Assembly: GCA_029879765.1 (NCBI GenBank)
Contig: JAOUPQ010000003.1
Coordinates: 1-37,456, forward strand
Direction of reading: 5' to 3'
DNA: 37,456 nt
Source of the DNA: Nitrospinota bacterium
Lineage (GTDB): Bacteria > Nitrospinota_A > UBA7883
Of the stretch, positions 27,662-37,456 are shown piece after piece; position 1 is the stretch's first letter, and each line of letters begins with the position of its first letter. A program made the translations under genes and the position numbers. The notes below the pieces were generated by a model. It was not told where the DNA came from and made no database searches. It worked only from the letters and a program-made list of their open reading frames with translations.

Positions 27662-30448
27662 ATGAGCACCTGGAGGCTTCAATCCAAACTTCTGGTTTAT
27701 TTCCTGGCTGTGGGTTTTATCCCGTTCTTCATGATAGGCATGCTTGCCAATAATGAAATGACAAAAGCCTTGGAGGATCAGGCTAATGGCCAGCTGGAGG
27801 GGCTGCGGGAAATTAAAAAGCTGCAGATAGAAAAATTCTTCAAGGAGCGCCGGGGAGACATGGGCGTGATCATGGAGACCGTGGCCACTCTGCGCCGCGA
27901 AGCCATCGCCAAGATGGAAGCTGTCCGCCAGATAAAAGCGCACGAGATCAAAAAGCATTTCGAGAACAAGCTGGCCGAGCTGGAGGATGTGAAACGAAAC
28001 CTCCGGTTCACAGGTGGCGTCCAGGAAATGGAGGATGTCTTCCGATATGGAATCAACAGCCAGCAATATAAAGAAGCGTACAGTCGCAGGTTTTCCGGAT
28101 TCCAGTCGTTCGAAAAAAGTTTCCGCTTCTACGACGTTTTCCTTATAGACAATTCCGGCAACGTGGTCTTCTCCGTGGAGAAAGAAGGGGATCTGGGGGA
28201 GAACCTGCTCACCGGCAAGCTGAAAGACAGCGGGCTGGCCAGGGCTTTCAGGGAAGGGCGATCCAGGCCGGTCTTTATCGATTATTCCTGGTATGACGTT
28301 TCCAATGACGTCGCCTCCTTTCTGGCCACTCCTCTTTATGACACCAATGGCGGGGTGCTGGGTGTGGCGGCTTTCCAGGTATCGCTGGAGGAAATCAACA
28401 ACATCATGACCCAGAGAGATGGCATGGGCAAAACCGGGGAGACATATCTGGTGGGATCGGACATGCTGATGCGCTCCGATTCATTTCTGGACCCCACCCA
28501 CCACTCTGTGAAAGCCTCTTTCGCCAACCCGGACAAGGGAAAAGTGGACACGGAGGCCGCCAGGGAGGCTCTTGCCGGCAAAACCGGCGCCGACGTCATC
28601 CTCGACTATAACGGCAACCCTGTGGTTTCCGCCTACGCCCCCCTGAAAATCGGTGATGTAACCTGGGCCATTCTGGCGGAGATTGATGTGGCGGAAGCTT
28701 TTTCCCCGGTGGACCAGAACGGGAACGAATACTACAAGAAATATGTGGACCTCTACGGATACTACGATCTGTTCCTGATCAATCCTGACGGGCATGTCTT
28801 CTACACCGCCGCCAAGGAATCGGACCTGAACACCAACATGGTGAACGGAAAATACGCAAGCTCCGGCCTGGGCAAGCTCACCCGCCGTGTGCTGGAAACA
28901 AAACAGTTCCAGTTCGCCGATTTCGAGCCATACGCTCCCAGCGGCGGGGCTCCCGAGGCCTTCATCGCCGAGCCTGTGGTTCATAGCGGTAATGTGGAGA
29001 TCATTGTGGCCTTGCAGCTCTCTATCGACGCCATCAACGAGGTGATGACCACGCGGGCCGGAATGGGAGCCACAGGCGAAACATACCTGGTGGGCAAGGA
29101 CAACCTGATGCGCTCCGATTCCCGCGAGGATTCGGCAAACCGCTCGGTCAAGGCTTCCTTTGCTAATCCCGGCAGCGGCCGGGTGGAGACCAGGGCCTCC
29201 AGAGAAGCCCTCTCCGGCACCTCCGACGCTGATGTTATTGAGACGTATAACGGAGACACTGTCCTGTCCGCATGGGCTCCTGTCCGGGTGTTCGACACCA
29301 CCTGGGCGATGATGGCCGAGATAGATGAAGATGAAGCTTTCGCCGCCGTGGCCAAGGTGCAGATGTATATGGTGATTTTTGGCGTAATTGGCCTTGTGTC
29401 GATCGCAGTGTTCGCCATATATATCGCGCGGTCTATCACCAACCCGATCAACCGCATCATCGGCGAGATGAACGAGGGATCAAACCAGGTGGCCTCCGCC
29501 TCCACCGATATCTCCAACTCCAGCCAGAGCCTGGCCGAGGGCGCCACGGAACAGGCCTCCAGCCTGGAGGAGACATCCGCCGCCCTGGAGCAGGTGGCCG
29601 CCCAGACCAAGCAGAACGCCGACAACGCCAACATGGCCAACTCCCAGGCTGGCCAGACCCGCAAGGAAGCGGAGAACGGAACCGCCACCATGACAGAGAT
29701 GATCGGCTCCATGGAGGCGATCAACAAGTCCTCCCAGGAGATCGGCAAGATCATCAAGGTTATCGAGGAGATCGCTTTCCAGACCAACCTGCTGGCGCTC
29801 AACGCCGCCGTGGAAGCGGCCCGGGCCGGCGAGCATGGCAAGGGCTTTGCCGTGGTGGCAGAGGAGGTGCGCAACCTGGCCCAGCGCTCCGCCGCCGCCG
29901 CCAAGGACACCGGCGCCTTGATAGAGGAAGCCGTGCGCCGCGCCTCTGATGGCAACGATATGGCGCGCAAGTCCGGGGAGGTCCTGGGGCAGATCGTCAA
30001 TGGGGTCAAGAAGATGAGCGACCTGATCGGCGAAATCGCCGAGGCCTCCAACGAGCAGGCCCAGGGCGTGGACCAGGTGAACTCCGCCATTGCCCAGATG
30101 GACAAAGTGACCCAGCAGAACGCCGCCAATGCCGAGGAAGCCGCCGCCGCCTCCGAGGAGTTGAATGCCCAGGCGGACAAGCTCAATGACATGGTGATGG
30201 ACCTGACCAGGCTTATCGAAGGAACCGCCGACAGAGATATCGGCTTGCGCGCCAGGGCGCATACGGCCCCCAAGATGCTCACCGGGGGAATCCGGGGCGC
30301 CCGCAAACCCGCCCCCATGGCCAGGAATGCGGCCCCACGCAAAGCGCCGCCAAAAGCGGCCCACGTGCCCCCGCCTCCGCCGCCCAAAAAGCGGGAAAAA
30401 ACTCCAGAGGAGACCATCCCGCTGGAAGACGATATGGACGGGTTTTAA
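27662..30448 (+). CDS. Methyl-accepting chemotaxis protein with internally duplicated Cache-like sensor region
   Basis: Two TM segments flank a large extracytoplasmic region with two copies of YDxFLI...[12 protein letters not shown]..[15 protein letters not shown]...AEID; [34 protein letters not shown] tip; Pro/Lys-rich linker and C-terminal DMDGF. Confidence 0.95.
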   Translation: MSTWRLQSKLLVYFLAVGFIPFFMIGMLANNEMTKALEDQANGQLEGLREIKKLQIEKFFKERRGDMGVIMETVATLRREAIAKMEAVRQIKAHEIKKHFENKLAELEDVKRNLRFTGGVQEMEDVFRYGINSQQYKEAYSRRFSGFQSFEKSFRFYDVFLIDNSGNVVFSVEKEGDLGENLLTGKLKDSGLARAFREGRSRPVFIDYSWYDVSNDVASFLATPLYDTNGGVLGVAAFQVSLEEINNIMTQRDGMGKTGETYLVGSDMLMRSDSFLDPTHHSVKASFANPDKGKVDTEAAREALAGKTGADVILDYNGNPVVSAYAPLKIGDVTWAILAEIDVAEAFSPVDQNGNEYYKKYVDLYGYYDLFLINPDGHVFYTAAKESDLNTNMVNGKYASSGLGKLTRRVLETKQFQFADFEPYAPSGGAPEAFIAEPVVHSGNVEIIVALQLSIDAINEVMTTRAGMGATGETYLVGKDNLMRSDSREDSANRSVKASFANPGSGRVETRASREALSGTSDADVIETYNGDTVLSAWAPVRVFDTTWAMMAEIDEDEAFAAVAKVQMYMVIFGVIGLVSIAVFAIYIARSITNPINRIIGEMNEGSNQVASASTDISNSSQSLAEGATEQASSLEETSAALEQVAAQTKQNADNANMANSQAGQTRKEAENGTATMTEMIGSMEAINKSSQEIGKIIKVIEEIAFQTNLLALNAAVEAARAGEHGKGFAVVAEEVRNLAQRSAAAAKDTGALIEEAVRRASDGNDMARKSGEVLGQIVNGVKKMSDLIGEIAEASNEQAQGVDQVNSAIAQMDKVTQQNAANAEEAAAASEELNAQADKLNDMVMDLTRLIEGTADRDIGLRARAHTAPKMLTGGIRGARKPAPMARNAAPRKAPPKAAHVPPPPPPKKREKTPEETIPLEDDMDGF

Positions 30449-30509
30449 ATCCAATGGGGAAACATCCAGGGGCTCCACCAGCCCCGGATGATCCCCAACC
30501 GTTACTAGG

Positions 30510-30544
30510 AGCGCCCGGGTCAAAAACCGGGCGCTTTTTTTTTG
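30510..30544 (+). terminator. Rho-independent terminator after the MCP gene
   Basis: Perfect 9-bp stem AGCGCCCGG/CCGGGCGCT with an 8-nt loop, followed by a long T run. Confidence 0.88.
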
Positions 30545-30625
30545 GGGCCAGGGAGGGGCCCGCGCGCGCCATTGTTATCAGCCAGCAGTTTCTGTCATTG
30601 TCGCCGTCTGCGCTATACTATTTCC

Positions 30626-32605
30626 ATGGAAAACAAATTCAAACTAGTCTCCCCCTTCGAGCCCCAAGGGGACCAGCCGGAGGCCATCCGTCAACTGGTG
30701 GATGGGCTGGGGGCGGGGCTGGAGAGCCAGGTGCTGCTGGGGGTCACCGGATCGGGAAAAACATTCACCATCGCCAATGTCATAGAGCGGGTTCAGCGCC
30801 CCGCGCTGGTCATCGCCCACAACAAGACCCTGGCGGCCCAGTTATATTCCGAATTCAAGGCGTTCTTCCCGGAAAACGCCGTGGAGTATTTCGTCAGCTA
30901 TTACGACTATTACCAGCCGGAGGCCTATCTCCCCTCCACGGGGACGTATATAGAAAAGGACTCGTCGATAAACGAGGAGATCGACAAGCTTCGTCACAGC
31001 GCCACCCGGTCGCTGTTCGAGCGCCGCGATGTCATCATAGTGGCCTCGGTCTCCTGCATCTATGGGCTTGGTTCACCGGAGGCGTATTTCGACATGAAGG
31101 TCCGGGTGGAAGTGGGGCAACATAGGGAGCGGGACGAGCTGCTCGAAGCGCTGGTGGGGATAAGATATGACCGCAACAACGTCGATTTTTCCCGGGGGAC
31201 GTTCCGGGTGAACGGCGACGTGGTGGAGGTGCTGCCCATATACGAGACAGACTCGGCCATCCGGATCGAATTTTTCGGCGATGAGGTGGATTCCATCCAC
31301 AGGGTGGATCCGCTCACCGGTCGGAAGCTGGAGAAGCTGGACGCGGTGAATATATATCCCGGTTCCCACTATGTCACCCCGCCGGAGCTTATGGAGAAGG
31401 CGCTGGTGGAGATCCACAGCGAGATGGAGACGGCCCATGAGAACTTTCTGGACCAGGAAAAATATGTGGAAGCCCAGAGGATCCGGGAGCGGACCCTGGG
31501 GGATATAGAGATGATCAAGGCCATAGGCTATTGCAACGGGATAGAGAACTATTCGCGGGTGATAACCGGTCGCCCTCCGGGCTCGCCCCCGCCCACGCTG
31601 ATGGAATACTTTCCCGACGACGCGCTGATCATAATAGACGAGAGCCACCAGACCGTGCCCCAGGTGGGCGCCATGCTGAAGGGGGACCGAAGCCGAAAGG
31701 ACACCCTGGTGGGGCATGGGTTCCGTCTGCCGTCGGCCTACGACAACAGGCCGCTTTCGTTTGATGAGTTCGAAAGCCATGTGAACCAGGTGATATATGT
31801 TTCCGCCACTCCCGCCAGTTACGAACTGAACAAAACCGGGGGGGTGGTGGTGGAACAGGTGGTCCGCCCCACGGGGCTTGTGGATCCGCCGGTGGAGGTG
31901 CGTCCTGCCCACAACCAGGTGGATGACCTGCTGGGGGAGATCGGCAAGCGGACCGGGATGGGGCATCGCACGCTGGTGGGCGCCATGACAAAACGCCAGG
32001 CGGAGGATCTGACCGACTACCTGCAGGGGCTGGGGGTCCGGGCCAGATATCTGCACTCCGATATCGCCACGCTGGAGCGGATGGCGATAATAAACGAACT
32101 TCGGGAAGGGGAGTTCGATGTGCTGATAGGGATAAACCTGCTTCGGGAAGGGCTGGATATCCCGGAGGTGGGGCTGGTGGCGATCCTGAATGCGGACATG
32201 GAGGGGTTTTTGCGAAGCGAGACTTCCCTGGTGCAAACCGCAGGCCGCGCCGCCAGAAACTCCCAAGGGCTGGTGATCCTTTACGCCGACAAGATGACCG
32301 GCTCCATGAAACGGGCGATCGGGGAAATGGACCGCCGCCGGGAGCGCCAGATCGCCTATAACACGCTCCACGGAATCACCCCCACCAGCGTGAGCAAGCA
32401 GATATCCAAAGCGCTGGCGTTCGCCTTGGGGAAGGAGGGGGAGGAGGAAGTGGATGAGTTTTCCCATCTGACCGGGGAGCGGATAGACCGATTGATCAGC
32501 GACTATGAGGCGAAAATGAAGGCCGCCGCCGGTGAGCTTGATTTCGAATCCGCCGCCGAATGGCGCGACAAGATCAAAAAGCTTCGGCGACTGAAGATGA
32601 TTTGA
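30626..32605 (+). CDS. uvrB: Excinuclease ABC subunit B
   Basis: [50 protein letters not shown] and a C-terminal UVR coiled coil; start MENKF at 30626. Confidence 0.97.
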   Translation: MENKFKLVSPFEPQGDQPEAIRQLVDGLGAGLESQVLLGVTGSGKTFTIANVIERVQRPALVIAHNKTLAAQLYSEFKAFFPENAVEYFVSYYDYYQPEAYLPSTGTYIEKDSSINEEIDKLRHSATRSLFERRDVIIVASVSCIYGLGSPEAYFDMKVRVEVGQHRERDELLEALVGIRYDRNNVDFSRGTFRVNGDVVEVLPIYETDSAIRIEFFGDEVDSIHRVDPLTGRKLEKLDAVNIYPGSHYVTPPELMEKALVEIHSEMETAHENFLDQEKYVEAQRIRERTLGDIEMIKAIGYCNGIENYSRVITGRPPGSPPPTLMEYFPDDALIIIDESHQTVPQVGAMLKGDRSRKDTLVGHGFRLPSAYDNRPLSFDEFESHVNQVIYVSATPASYELNKTGGVVVEQVVRPTGLVDPPVEVRPAHNQVDDLLGEIGKRTGMGHRTLVGAMTKRQAEDLTDYLQGLGVRARYLHSDIATLERMAIINELREGEFDVLIGINLLREGLDIPEVGLVAILNADMEGFLRSETSLVQTAGRAARNSQGLVILYADKMTGSMKRAIGEMDRRRERQIAYNTLHGITPTSVSKQISKALAFALGKEGEEEVDEFSHLTGERIDRLISDYEAKMKAAAGELDFESAAEWRDKIKKLRRLKMI

Positions 32606-32692
32606 TTTTCGCGATCCCATCTGTATCCGATTTATCAATAATCCGCGATTAATCTGATAAAATGAAAGTTTATTACCTGGTCCCTGGGGGAA

Positions 32693-35086
32693 ATGGGGTT
32701 AATCAAACTTTCCGCTTTTGCGCTGTCGTTCTGTTTCGCCTTTTTTGGCGCCGCACTGGGCGCCCATGGGGCGGTTTTGGCGCTTCCTGCGCAAATTTCC
32801 GAAAACGTGGGGCCCATATCCCTGGCGCCGCATATGGAGTGGATGGAGGACAGGGGCCGTGAATTGACCATCGAGGATGTGACCTCGCTCCCCAGATCTT
32901 CCGATTTCCGGCCGGTAGGCGCCAGCTTTTACAGCTATTTTCTTTCCGAATCCGCTTTCTGGTATCGGCTGACCATCAGGAATCCATCGTCAAGGGAGCA
33001 GCTGATGGTTCTGCAGAACGAAGTATCGTGGCTGGATGTGGTGGAGATGTATGAGCAGGGCCCGGAGGGTGGATTCCGGATGCGGCGGGCTGGGGATTCC
33101 ATACCTTTCCGGGAAAGAGAGTTCTCCCACCCCACGGCGGTGTTCCACATCTCGCTGGCGCCGGGAGAAGAGAGGACATTCCACTTTCGGGTGGAGGCCA
33201 TGGATGCTTTCCTCTCCCCCTTTACCCTGTGGGAAGACAAAGCCTTCGAAGAGAGCGACCGGGGCCGGACCATATATTTCGGGACTATCCTGGGGATAAT
33301 CACGGTCATGTTCTTCTTCAACGTGATCCTGATGTTTTTCCTGCGGGAGAGACGCTATCTTCAATACAACATCTATCTGTCCATCCTGGGTATATGGTTT
33401 CTCACCTACAACGGATTTTCCTTCCAGTATATCTGGCCCGAATCTCCCGTGTTCCAGAACAGGATGATGGTCTTTCTGGACTATGCCATGCAGCTTAGCG
33501 CGGTACTGTTCACCAGGGCGTTTCTTGACTCGAGAAACACCTTGCCGACTCTGGACAAGGTGCTATCGGGAGTCATCTGGCTATTCGTGGTCATGATTGT
33601 CGTCGATATAATAACTCCATTCCATTACTTCACGGGATTTGTATGTCTTGTCTTCCTGCAACTGTATGGCCCCTTGCTGGCGGTCTCCGGGCTGGTGGCG
33701 TTGCGCGCAGGCATCCGGTCAGCCCGGTTTTTCCTGCTGGCGTGGATTTCCACCACCATCGGTGTGTCGCTGACGGCGCTGATAGTGGTGGGCGTTCTGC
33801 CCTACAGCTTCTGGCTGTTCAGGGCAGGGGAGATCGGCGTGATGATGGATATCGTGCTGCTGGCCCTGGCTTTGGCGGACCGGATAAACATCCTGCGTCT
33901 GGAAAAAGAGGAGGCCCAGCTCACATCCAGAAAAGTCCTGGAAAAAGCCAGGGAGGAATTGACCGTCAAAGTGGAGGAGCGTACCTTGGAGCTGCGTGAG
34001 GCCCTGCGTCGGGCGGAAGAGGCCACGAAGCTGAAAGACAAGTTCGTCAGCCTGGTCTCCCACGATCTGCGCAGCCCCCTGGCCTCCATGAAAGGGTTGG
34101 TGGAGGCGATAGACCTGGATGATGACTCGCCGACTGTGGCGGAGAAAAACATCAATTATCTGCGGCGCGTGTCGCTATCGCTGGGTGGTCTGCTGCAAAT
34201 GACAGAGCAGCTTCTGAATCTGACCCGTATCAAGACTGGCAGAATCACCCCTATGAAAAAGATGTTCAACGCCCGGCAGAGGGTGGGGGCGTTGCTGGTG
34301 TTGATGGAGCCCACCGCCTCTCAGAAAGGAATAGAACTGGCCAACAACCTGCCGGAGGATATGACTCTGCTGGCGGATCTGGACCTATACCAGGAAGTGA
34401 TCCGCAACCTGGTGTCCAATTCCATAAAGTTTTGCAGGTCTGGGGACATGGTGACGGTGCACTCTCCCCCAGGGTACCAGAACACCGTGGCGGTTCGGGA
34501 TACGGGGCCTGGCATAGATAAAGAGACTTTGTCCAGGCTGTTCACCCATGGAGAGAAAACCACCAAAGTGGGAAGCGCTGGGGAAAAGGGGACCGGGCTG
34601 GGGCTGGAGTTCAGCCACGAGATAATGCTGGCCCATGGCGGAGACCTTACCGTCAGCCCCTTGGAGGGTGGTGGTGTGGAGTTTTATGTGACCCTGCCGG
34701 CCAGCCGCGCGATCATCCTGCTGGTGGATGACCAGAAAGTCCATCGAAAAATGATGCTGGACGCCATGGGCTCCGAGCTTTCCGTCGACGTGCTGGAAGC
34801 GGATGATGGGATCGAGGCGCTGGAGATAATGAAGCTGGCCAGGCCAGACCTTGTGGTGGTGGATGTTTTTATGCCGGGGATTAACGGACTTGAGCTTCTT
34901 AAGATAATGAAAAACACCCCCGCGCTCTCATCCATCCCGGTGATTATAGCGGCCACAGTTTCCCACTACGATGGCCAGGCAGACGCCATGCGGGCCCAGG
35001 CTTTGCAGATGGGAGCGGTGGATCTGGTGGAAAAGCCGCTGGAAGCCGAAGAATTCCTTGAGGCCATTTTAAAAATTCTCGCATAA
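32693..35086 (+). CDS. 7TM-DISM hybrid sensor histidine kinase (7TMR-DISMED2, 7TM, HisKA, HATPase, receiver)
   Basis: Signal peptide, SAFWYRL extracellular motif, hydrophobic 7TM block ending LALADRI, SHDLRSP H-box, NLVSNSIKF, DTGPG, GTGLGL, and receiver LVDD..DVFMPG..KP. Confidence 0.92.
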   Translation: MGLIKLSAFALSFCFAFFGAALGAHGAVLALPAQISENVGPISLAPHMEWMEDRGRELTIEDVTSLPRSSDFRPVGASFYSYFLSESAFWYRLTIRNPSSREQLMVLQNEVSWLDVVEMYEQGPEGGFRMRRAGDSIPFREREFSHPTAVFHISLAPGEERTFHFRVEAMDAFLSPFTLWEDKAFEESDRGRTIYFGTILGIITVMFFFNVILMFFLRERRYLQYNIYLSILGIWFLTYNGFSFQYIWPESPVFQNRMMVFLDYAMQLSAVLFTRAFLDSRNTLPTLDKVLSGVIWLFVVMIVVDIITPFHYFTGFVCLVFLQLYGPLLAVSGLVALRAGIRSARFFLLAWISTTIGVSLTALIVVGVLPYSFWLFRAGEIGVMMDIVLLALALADRINILRLEKEEAQLTSRKVLEKAREELTVKVEERTLELREALRRAEEATKLKDKFVSLVSHDLRSPLASMKGLVEAIDLDDDSPTVAEKNINYLRRVSLSLGGLLQMTEQLLNLTRIKTGRITPMKKMFNARQRVGALLVLMEPTASQKGIELANNLPEDMTLLADLDLYQEVIRNLVSNSIKFCRSGDMVTVHSPPGYQNTVAVRDTGPGIDKETLSRLFTHGEKTTKVGSAGEKGTGLGLEFSHEIMLAHGGDLTVSPLEGGGVEFYVTLPASRAIILLVDDQKVHRKMMLDAMGSELSVDVLEADDGIEALEIMKLARPDLVVVDVFMPGINGLELLKIMKNTPALSSIPVIIAATVSHYDGQADAMRAQALQMGAVDLVEKPLEAEEFLEAILKILA

Positions 35087-35164
35087 ACTGGCCCAAGCTA
35101 AAAAAATAGCCCAGGCTTGCGTGGATGGATTACAATTCTATATCGGTATATGTCGAAGGTTCTC

Positions 35165-37456
35165 ATGAAAACTGGTTGGCTAGCTTTATACATTTCTGTT
35201 TTCTGCCTCCTTGCGCCCAATCCTGCCCGGGCGGCGGTGGCCGGATCTGCCCCCAAAGTGGTTTTATCCGAGGATCAGGGAAAATACATCCTGGGATACT
35301 CCATGAAGATTGTGGAAGACAAGCAGCGACAGTGGACTATTGAAGACGTCCGGTCGAAGAAAATCGACGCCATGTTCACGCCGCTGAAAAAACAGGTTCC
35401 CAGCCTCGGTTTTACCTCCAGCGCCTATTGGTACAAGGTGGAAATCTACAATTCCACCCGGCAGGTGTTCGAAGGAATCCTGGAGGAGGAGATCGCCTGG
35501 ATAGACCAGATCGATATATACGAGGTGAGAGCCAACGGAAGCGCCCATATCCTGCGATCCGGGGAGCTTCGCCTCAGGGACGAGGCGCAGATGCGGAGCA
35601 GGTCCCATCTGTTGGACATTTCATTCCACCCTTATCAAATCAAGACCTTGTATATCAGGGTGGAGACAAAAGACACCTTCGTCACTCCTTTTACACTCTG
35701 GAGCGTCAAAGCCTTCGCCCAGGCGGATTCCTGGCGGGCCTATTATTTCGGCGCCCTTTTCGGGGCTATCGCGCTGATGTTTGTCTACAACCTGGTGCTC
35801 CACGCGTTCACCCGTGACGTAAATTATTTGTACTACGTGGTGTACCTGTTCGCCGGTTTCATGTTCGCATTCTCCTACAACGGATTTTCCCGGCTGCTGC
35901 TGTGGCCGGAGCATCCAGGGTTTTCCGACACTATCGTAAACGCGCTAAGCTTCCTTTTCCAGATGACGGCCACTATCTTCACCAGGCAGTTTCTGCAAAC
36001 CAGGCAGGCCATGCCCCGGGCGGACAGGCTGCTCCAGGGGATGGTGTGGATGTACGTGGCGCTGGCCCTTCTTCGGGGCGCAGGGGTGGCGGTTTACTCC
36101 ATGAATTACATGGCTGTGCTGACCTTGCAGCTGTACATGCCGGTGTTGGCGGTGATTGGTATTGTCGCTTTCCGGAATGGAAACCGGGCCGCCAGGTTTT
36201 TCCTGATGGCCTGGCTGGCCTCCACTGTGGGCATGGTGGTGGGCGCTTCCACTGTGATGGGGATTATAAGTTACAGCTTTCTTGGAATGCACGCGGGGGA
36301 GATGGGGGTGATGCTGGACATGGCGCTTCTGGCGGTGGCGCTGGCGGACCGGATAAACATCCTTAACACACAAAAACAGGCCGCGGAGCATCTGGCCCGG
36401 CGGACCATGGAACAAGCCAGGGACACCCTGGAGATGAAGGTGGCCGAGCGCACGGTGGCGCTGAAGCAGGCAAAGGACAGGGCCGAGGAAGCCACCCGGC
36501 TAAAAGACAATTTCATGAGCCTGATCTCCCACGATCTGCGCAGCCCTGTGGGGGCCATCTCCGGTTTGCTCAACCGCGCCATCAGCCTGCCTGTCGCCGA
36601 AGAGGAGAAAAAGAAGGACTTCATATCCCGAGCCCAAAGCGCCGCCGATCGCATGCTGCGCATGCTCGACCATCTGTTGAACATATCCATGTTGAAGACC
36701 GGCAAACTGGTTCCCATAAAAGCGCTGTTTCGCCCAAGGGCCCTGTTGGATGACCTTCTGGAGGATGTAAGCATCCTTGCCACCCGGAAGGAGGTGCGGA
36801 TCATCAACGATCTGCCCGCGGAAGCCAGCCTGATGGCGGACAGGAGCCTGACCAACGAAGTGCTGCTCAACCTGCTGACCAACGCCATAAAGTTCTGCCG
36901 CAGTGGCGACACGGTGACCGTATTCCTGGCGCAGGAAGAACCGATGGTCATCGGCGTGAGGGACACCGGCATGGGGATCAGCATGCCCATTGAGGATCTG
37001 TTTCGTCATGAAGTAAAGACCACCACCCCCGGCACGGCAGGAGAGCGGGGAATGGGCCTGGGGCTGCCATACTGCCAGGATATTATGGAAGCCCATGGCG
37101 GCCATATCGAAGTCGGCTCCACTCCCGGCGCCGGGAGCGAGTTTTTGCTCCGGTTCCCTCCCCGCAGGCGTATGGTGATGCTGGTGGATGACCAGCAGGC
37201 CCACAGGAGCATGATGAAAGAGGCGATCCAGGAGGTGGAGAATGTTGACTTTGTGGAGGCCAACAACGGGGTGGAAGCGATGGAAATCGTGAGAATGGGG
37301 GCGCCGGACCTGATTGTGACCGATGTGGTGATGCCTGGCATGGGGGGATTGGAGTTTCTTCAGAAGCTTCGGGATAATCCGAAGCTGAAAAACACACCGG
37401 TGATCATGGCCACTGCCCATTCTAGCTCGGAGGATGAGGAAAAAACGCTCCGGTTG
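35165..37456 (+). CDS. Second 7TM-DISM hybrid histidine kinase, truncated by the window end (not in the ORF track)
   Basis: Manual translation from ATG 35165 (or 35150) stays open to the window end: MKTGWLALYISVF..SAYWYKV..VALADRINIL..SHDLRSP..NLLTNAIKFCRSGD..DTGMG..GMGLGL..LVDDQQAHR..TDVVMPG. Confidence 0.92.
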   Translation, partial: MKTGWLALYISVFCLLAPNPARAAVAGSAPKVVLSEDQGKYILGYSMKIVEDKQRQWTIEDVRSKKIDAMFTPLKKQVPSLGFTSSAYWYKVEIYNSTRQVFEGILEEEIAWIDQIDIYEVRANGSAHILRSGELRLRDEAQMRSRSHLLDISFHPYQIKTLYIRVETKDTFVTPFTLWSVKAFAQADSWRAYYFGALFGAIALMFVYNLVLHAFTRDVNYLYYVVYLFAGFMFAFSYNGFSRLLLWPEHPGFSDTIVNALSFLFQMTATIFTRQFLQTRQAMPRADRLLQGMVWMYVALALLRGAGVAVYSMNYMAVLTLQLYMPVLAVIGIVAFRNGNRAARFFLMAWLASTVGMVVGASTVMGIISYSFLGMHAGEMGVMLDMALLAVALADRINILNTQKQAAEHLARRTMEQARDTLEMKVAERTVALKQAKDRAEEATRLKDNFMSLISHDLRSPVGAISGLLNRAISLPVAEEEKKKDFISRAQSAADRMLRMLDHLLNISMLKTGKLVPIKALFRPRALLDDLLEDVSILATRKEVRIINDLPAEASLMADRSLTNEVLLNLLTNAIKFCRSGDTVTVFLAQEEPMVIGVRDTGMGISMPIEDLFRHEVKTTTPGTAGERGMGLGLPYCQDIMEAHGGHIEVGSTPGAGSEFLLRFPPRRRMVMLVDDQQAHRSMMKEAIQEVENVDFVEANNGVEAMEIVRMGAPDLIVTDVVMPGMGGLEFLQKLRDNPKLKNTPVIMATAHSSSEDEEKTLRL

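Noticed and set aside
30455-30497. Archaeal-type SECIS (GAA/A internal loop) in the hairpin after the MCP gene
   Set aside because: It is about 27 kb from the only in-frame TGA, follows a gene with no Sec codon, and the context is bacterial.

Overview
GC-rich bacterial chromosomal window with about 30 genes and no rRNA, tRNA, CRISPR array or recognisable mobile element. The most notable feature is a compact formylmethanofuran-dehydrogenase-like operon, fwdD-fwdB-fwdA-fwdC (2334-6478, +). The ORF track splits fwdB in two, but the single in-frame TGA (3060-3062) sits at the position of the Mo/W-ligating Cys (ASSV-*-H) and is followed by a bacterial-type SECIS-like hairpin. fwdB is therefore most likely one 439-aa selenoprotein with intact Fe-S and catalytic motifs. 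No ftr/fhcD, polyferredoxin or methanofuran genes lie beside it. Downstream on the minus strand are a pepA-osmC-hypABFCDE [NiFe]-hydrogenase maturation operon (no hydrogenase structural genes in the window) and an ilvB-ilvN-ilvC-psd-pssA-mgtE run ending in a Clp1-like RNA 5'-kinase/RNase Z fusion. The plus strand then carries dcd, a chemoreceptor with a duplicated sensor region, uvrB and two tandem 7TM-DISM hybrid histidine kinases; the second runs off the window end and is missing from the ORF track. All calls come from reading motifs by eye; no searches were run.
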